Assembly (NCBI GenBank): GCA_947503135.1
Contig: CANNCQ010000002.1
Location: 8,643-72,642 of the forward strand
Reading direction: 5' to 3'
Source of the DNA: an uncultured Aquimarina sp.
GTDB taxonomy: Bacteria; Bacteroidota; Bacteroidia; Flavobacteriales; Flavobacteriaceae
Length of the DNA: 64,000 nt
The notes under the pieces are model-generated. The model was not told the DNA's origin. It searched no databases and worked only from the letters and a program-made list of their open reading frames with translations. This document shows, in pieces, positions 60,382 through 64,000 of the stretch; positions within the stretch are counted from its first letter, which is position 1; every line of letters starts with the position of its first letter. The translations under genes and the position numbers were made by a program.

Positions 60382-60389
60382 CAAAAGTA
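60382..60389 (-). promoter_or_regulatory. Candidate Bacteroidota -7 promoter box TACTTTTG (TAnnTTTG) for valS
   Basis: Exact match to the TAnnTTTG consensus, 27 nt upstream of the valS ATG. No clear -33 TTTG was found. Confidence 0.3.
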
Positions 60390-60478
60390 AATATATATAT
60401 GTGAACTTGAAAGCTTTTAAATGCTTTGAGTGCTACTAAAAAATTAATTACATTTACACTATAATAAATTTCATAAAT

Positions 60479-60904
60479 ATGAAGAAACTAACAATTTTAT
60501 TATTCTCAGCTTTACTTGGTTTTACTGTAACTGCACAAGAAACGGAAAGTACTAATAAGGAAGAGTCTACAGCGCAAGAAACTGGAGCTAAAATTGAATT
60601 TAAGGAAGAAACAATTGACTACGGAACTATTGAAAAAGGTGCCGATGGAATACGTAAGTTTGAATTCACGAATACAGGTGACGAGCCATTAATAATTTCA
60701 AGAGTATATTCTACTTGCGGATGTACGGTTCCAAAAAAGCCAGAAAACCCTATTGCTCCTGGAGAAACAGGAGAAATAGAAGTAAAGTACGATACCAAAA
60801 GAGTTGGTCCTATACGTAAAACAATTACAGTATATAGCACGGCAAGCCCAATACCATACCCACTGAAAATTAAAGGGACTATTGTACCGAAAAAAGCTCA
60901 GTAG
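60479..60904 (+). CDS. DUF1573 domain protein (secreted)
   Basis: Signal peptide. 'FEFTNTGDEPLIISRVYSTCGCTVP' contains the DUF1573 'CGCT' hallmark. Confidence 0.75.
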   Translation: MKKLTILLFSALLGFTVTAQETESTNKEESTAQETGAKIEFKEETIDYGTIEKGADGIRKFEFTNTGDEPLIISRVYSTCGCTVPKKPENPIAPGETGEIEVKYDTKRVGPIRKTITVYSTASPIPYPLKIKGTIVPKKAQ

Positions 60905-60917
60905 TTTATAGACCATA

Positions 60918-60963
60918 AAAACAAGAAAACCTGTAAAATTTATTTTACAGGTTTTCTTGTTTT
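60918..60963. terminator. Long perfect palindrome (22-nt arms) acting as a bidirectional terminator
   Basis: aaaacaagaaaacctgtaaaat / attttacaggttttcttgtttt, between convergent DUF1573 and GNAT genes. Confidence 0.85.
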
Positions 60964-61063
60964 TAACCAGTATTAGTTTTTGTACCTATGACTTGAATGC
61001 AGGGTTTAATAAAAATACCTAAACATGCTAAAATAGAAGTGATATTATAAAGTGCTTCTTTGG

Positions 61064-61603
61064 TTATAATTTTATCCAGTCATCTTTGGTAATACTGTAG
61101 TAAACATCATTTTGAACGTTACCTTCACTATCTATATAATGATTACGACGAATACCTTCGGCTGTTGCACCTAATTTTTCAATGGCTTTTTGAGATTTTA
61201 TATTTCTTACGTCTGCTCCAAATTGTATGCGGTTAAGCTTTAATTCATTAAAACCGTATTCGATCATTAATTTTTTTGCAGCACCATTTAACCCTGTACC
61301 CTGAAATTTAATTCCGTACCAAGTCCAACCAATTTCAGCGCGTTTATTATTTAAATCTATTTTACCAAACCTTGAGCAACCAGCTAAACTTCCTGAATTT
61401 TTATCAAAAATAAGATATGCAATTTGAGTTTGTTGTTGTTGAGCAATCATTGTTTGCTCAATATAATCGGTTAAGTTTTGTTCTGTACGAATGTAATGGC
61501 CCATATATTTCCATATACAATCCTCAAAAATTATTTCTTTTAAAGATTGAGCATCTCTGGTGTTGAAAGGAATTAATCTAGCTCTCTCGTTTTCTAAAAT
61601 CAT
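61064..61603 (-). CDS. GNAT family N-acetyltransferase (RimJ/RimL-like, Acetyltransf_3 type)
   Basis: 'LENERARLIPF', 'AEIGWTWYGIKFQGTGLNGAAKKLMIEYGF', 'N.KSQKAIEKLG' and 'EG..R'. ATG 61603 is preferred; GTG 61612 is possible. Confidence 0.8.
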   Translation of the reverse strand: MILENERARLIPFNTRDAQSLKEIIFEDCIWKYMGHYIRTEQNLTDYIEQTMIAQQQQTQIAYLIFDKNSGSLAGCSRFGKIDLNNKRAEIGWTWYGIKFQGTGLNGAAKKLMIEYGFNELKLNRIQFGADVRNIKSQKAIEKLGATAEGIRRNHYIDSEGNVQNDVYYSITKDDWIKL

Positions 61604-61627
61604 TTTATTCACGTTTAAGTTTTTAAC

Positions 61628-61658
61628 AAAAAAACCTCGTAGTTCAGCTACGAGGTTT
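61628..61658 (-). terminator. Intrinsic terminator in the 5' leader of the GNAT gene
   Basis: On the - strand: aaacctcgtag - ctgaa - ctacgaggttt, followed by T7. Ends about 25 nt before the GNAT ATG at 61603. Confidence 0.8.
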
Positions 61659-61692
61659 ATATTATTTTATAACAATACTAAACTAGCGTAAC

Positions 61693-61743
61693 TCACCTAA
61701 ATGGTTTACGTTTTTTAGTTTGTTTAGTTTTTGTGGTTTTCAT
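61693..61743 (-). CDS. Candidate 16-codon micro-ORF / leader peptide MKTTKTKQTKKRKPFR
   Basis: The ATG..TGA frame was read directly from the reverse complement. A strong terminator follows 34 nt downstream. There is no homology evidence and it could be a chance ORF in AT-rich DNA. Confidence 0.25.
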   Translation of the reverse strand: MKTTKTKQTKKRKPFR

Positions 61744-62265
61744 TGAAATCTAATTTAAAAAAAAATTCTATATGACAGATGGATAAATTATATTTTTGTG
61801 AGTCTAACCCGTAATGCATTATTAAACTTTAGAAGCTTTAATACTATTGAGCTTTCTATCTACGATATATTTAGTTGTTGTAAAAAAAGTTAGTGTTGTA
61901 TTTTTAGAGTCTCTAAAAGATTTAGTTTAGTGTATTTTATGCTAATTATTAATTAATCAGATAGTTAATAAAATATTGTTTTTATTCTTTTTCATGATTC
62001 CCTATATGCATAAGGCTGTTTTGTTACTTTTTTTGATTTTCCTTTTCTGAGTACTGAGTTTTATATTATAGGCGTTAGATAAATTGTATTTACTATTAAT
62101 ACTTAAGTATTCTTAAGGAGTTTATAAAGTTAATGGTCTTTTGTTCAAGAGTTTAGGTTTACGTATTAAAAAATTCACAATAAAACATATTTATTAACCT
62201 TAAAGATATGTATTTAAACATCTACCTCTAAAATTTGATATTTAAATTCAGTAACTAAAAAGCTA

Positions 62266-63603
62266 CTATTTACTTTTCTTCCACACTAAATAACGATACC
62301 TAGCAAAAAGCATAGCACTCGAAGCAAATAAACCAACCAATAAGCCAATCCATATACCGTAAGCTCCTAATAGGTCTGCTTTACCCAATGTATAACATAT
62401 AGGGAAGCCTATACACCAGTACGATATAAAAATAATTACAGTAGGTATATTAACATCTTGTAAGCCTCGAAGTACTCCTAAAAGAGTCACTTGGAAACCG
62501 TCGCTTAATTGAAACCATGAAACAATTATTAGCAATTGTGAAGCAATAGTGATTACGGTTTCATTGTTAATGTAAACTTTAGGTAAGAAGGTGTTGGTTG
62601 TCATAAAGAAAACAGCCAAAACAAGCTCTAATATAAACACTAGCAATAAAATGGATCTTACAATTCGAATCAGTTCTTTGAAATTTCCCTTGCCTACCTG
62701 ATTTCCAACTCTAATGGTTGCGGTTACACCAAGTCCTATGGCAATCATAAAAGCCATAGAGGCTAAGTTCAAGGCAATTTGATTTGCAGCTTGATCTTCG
62801 GTACTTAGACTTCCTGATAAAATAATAGAAGAGGAAAAAAAACCAAACTCAAATAGCATTTGTAAAGCTACGGGAAACCCTAAAGTTAAAATATTAGAAA
62901 TGGCATTGGTACTAAAAATTTGCTGGAAGAAATTTTTAAAATAGGGAAGGTATTTTTGTTTTGTTTTTAAAATAAAAATCAATAAAACAAGCATTAGTAT
63001 TCTTGAAATCAACGAGGATAACGCAGCTCCTTCTAGTTCTAGCCTTGGGAAACCAAACTTACCGTAAATTAAAAGATAGTTTAAAACAATATTTACAGCG
63101 TTACCTGTAACGGTAGCTGTCATGGCATACTTGGTTGCAGACATCCCATCGGAAAACTGCTTAAAAGCCATGAAAATAGTAAAAGGAATTATGGAAATAG
63201 CTGTTAAATTTAAATAGGGTGTAGCAAGAGTCACCACTTCTTCGGGCTGATTAAAATGGTGTAAAAAGGGCTGTATTACTTTAATAAGTCCGTAGAGTAA
63301 AAAACCTATAATTGCACAAAACCAAACACCATCTTTAAATATTCTAGTCCCTGTATTTGTGTCGTTTTTACCATCACTTTCCGCAATAAGCGGCGTAATG
63401 CTTAACGAAAATCCAATAGCTAAAGATATCGCTATTGCAAACACAGCATTACCTAACGATACTGCAGCTAAAGAAGCAGCGCCTAATTCGCCAACCATTA
63501 TATTATCTACTAGTCCAACTAATATTTGACCCACTTGCCCAATCATTACAGGAACTGCAATTTTCAGGTTTTCAGGAAATTCTCTAGTATATTTTTTAAG
63601 CAA
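62266..63603 (-). CDS. MATE family efflux transporter
   Basis: Twelve TM segments. N-terminal 'LKIAVPVMIGQVGQILVGLVDNIMVG' is typical of NorM/DinF-type MATE proteins. Confidence 0.85.
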   Translation of the reverse strand: MLKKYTREFPENLKIAVPVMIGQVGQILVGLVDNIMVGELGAASLAAVSLGNAVFAIAISLAIGFSLSITPLIAESDGKNDTNTGTRIFKDGVWFCAIIGFLLYGLIKVIQPFLHHFNQPEEVVTLATPYLNLTAISIIPFTIFMAFKQFSDGMSATKYAMTATVTGNAVNIVLNYLLIYGKFGFPRLELEGAALSSLISRILMLVLLIFILKTKQKYLPYFKNFFQQIFSTNAISNILTLGFPVALQMLFEFGFFSSSIILSGSLSTEDQAANQIALNLASMAFMIAIGLGVTATIRVGNQVGKGNFKELIRIVRSILLLVFILELVLAVFFMTTNTFLPKVYINNETVITIASQLLIIVSWFQLSDGFQVTLLGVLRGLQDVNIPTVIIFISYWCIGFPICYTLGKADLLGAYGIWIGLLVGLFASSAMLFARYRYLVWKKSK

Positions 63604-63643
63604 GCCTTTTTTGTTTCAAAAGTAGTATTCTTTAAACTATAAA

Positions 63644-63669
63644 CCTCATACAACTTAAATTGTATGAGG
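63644..63669 (-). terminator. Hairpin downstream of the RND permease gene (weak terminator)
   Basis: cctcataca - 8-nt loop - tgtatgagg. Only a short T-run follows on the - strand. Confidence 0.45.
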
Positions 63670-63709
63670 CTTTACTAATAGATAACAGGATTAAAATAAT
63701 CAACCAATT

Positions 63710-64000
63710 TTAAAATAGTTTTTTGAGAGATAATTTCAACCTGTGTATAAGGTAAAATAGCACCGGTACAATAACTAATGTTAAAAATGTAGCTACTATT
63801 AATCCATAAATTACTGTTTTGGCCAAAGGCCCCCAAAATATTACGTTATCTCCACCAAAGTAAATTTTAGGGTCACCAGTTGCAAATAAAGAAAAGAAAT
63901 CAATATTAAAACCTATGGCTAGGGGTATTAAGCCTAATACAGTGGTTATGGCCGTAAGTAACACCGGTCTTAAACGTGCTCTTCCTCCCTCTATAATAGC
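63710..64000 (-). CDS. RND (AcrB-type) efflux permease, C-terminal fragment; gene continues beyond the window
   Basis: Frame is open to nt 64000. 'GGRARLRPVLLTAITTVLGLIPLA' and the final TM helices are characteristic of the AcrB/HAE1 C-terminus. Confidence 0.8.
   Translation of the reverse strand, partial: AIIEGGRARLRPVLLTAITTVLGLIPLAIGFNIDFFSLFATGDPKIYFGGDNVIFWGPLAKTVIYGLIVATFLTLVIVPVLFYLIHRLKLSLKKLF

Noticed and set aside
61956-62050. Tiny divergent ORFs in the long spacer: + strand MIPYMHKAVLLLFLIFLF (61994..62050, type-I-toxin-like hydrophobic peptide) and - strand MKKNKNNILLTI
   Set aside because: Both are 12-18 codons in ~25% GC DNA where such ORFs arise by chance. No terminator, promoter or antisense-RNA architecture could be tied to them.
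1-64000. Genomic island, prophage, integrative element or defence island
   Set aside because: No integrase, transposase, tRNA attachment site, flanking direct repeats, compositional shift or phage or defence genes were seen. Gene content is housekeeping throughout.

Overview
AT-rich (about one-third G+C), densely coding chromosomal segment. Gene content and protein signatures point to a marine member of the Flavobacteriaceae (Bacteroidota): T9SS type-B C-terminal domain, DUF3276, DUF1573, DUF3810, DUF4294, split MetH. I support 51 protein-coding genes. They include parE-parC, a split B12-dependent methionine synthase, an LPS/lipid-A related set, kynurenine 3-monooxygenase, pyrE and a glgA-glgC-glgB-GH31 glycogen cluster. 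They also include holA, hisH-hisA-hisF, msrA, a DEAD-box helicase, valS, MATE and RND efflux genes, and one 2505-aa T9SS-secreted giant surface protein. I found no rRNA, tRNA, CRISPR array, transposase, integrase, phage gene or recognisable defence island, so the window looks like core genome rather than an accessory region. I cannot point to a convincing novel multi-gene system. The most unusual items are listed below. (1) A 16-codon Lys/Arg/Thr-rich micro-ORF plus intrinsic terminator sits directly in front of a GNAT gene, inside a ~650-nt non-coding gap downstream of efflux genes; this is a candidate ribosome-sensing attenuator and is hypothesis only. (2) The giant adhesin has about 17 two-Cys modules with an internal three-module super-repeat and no adjacent PorP/SprF partner. 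(3) Several smaller regulatory or architectural oddities: the split metH spacer, back-to-back pyrE/Nudix starts, an AGTATT/AATACT half-site cluster upstream of glgA, and a single-Cys thioredoxin-fold protein. All functional calls rest on motifs read from the translations and on remembered family signatures. No database search was run.
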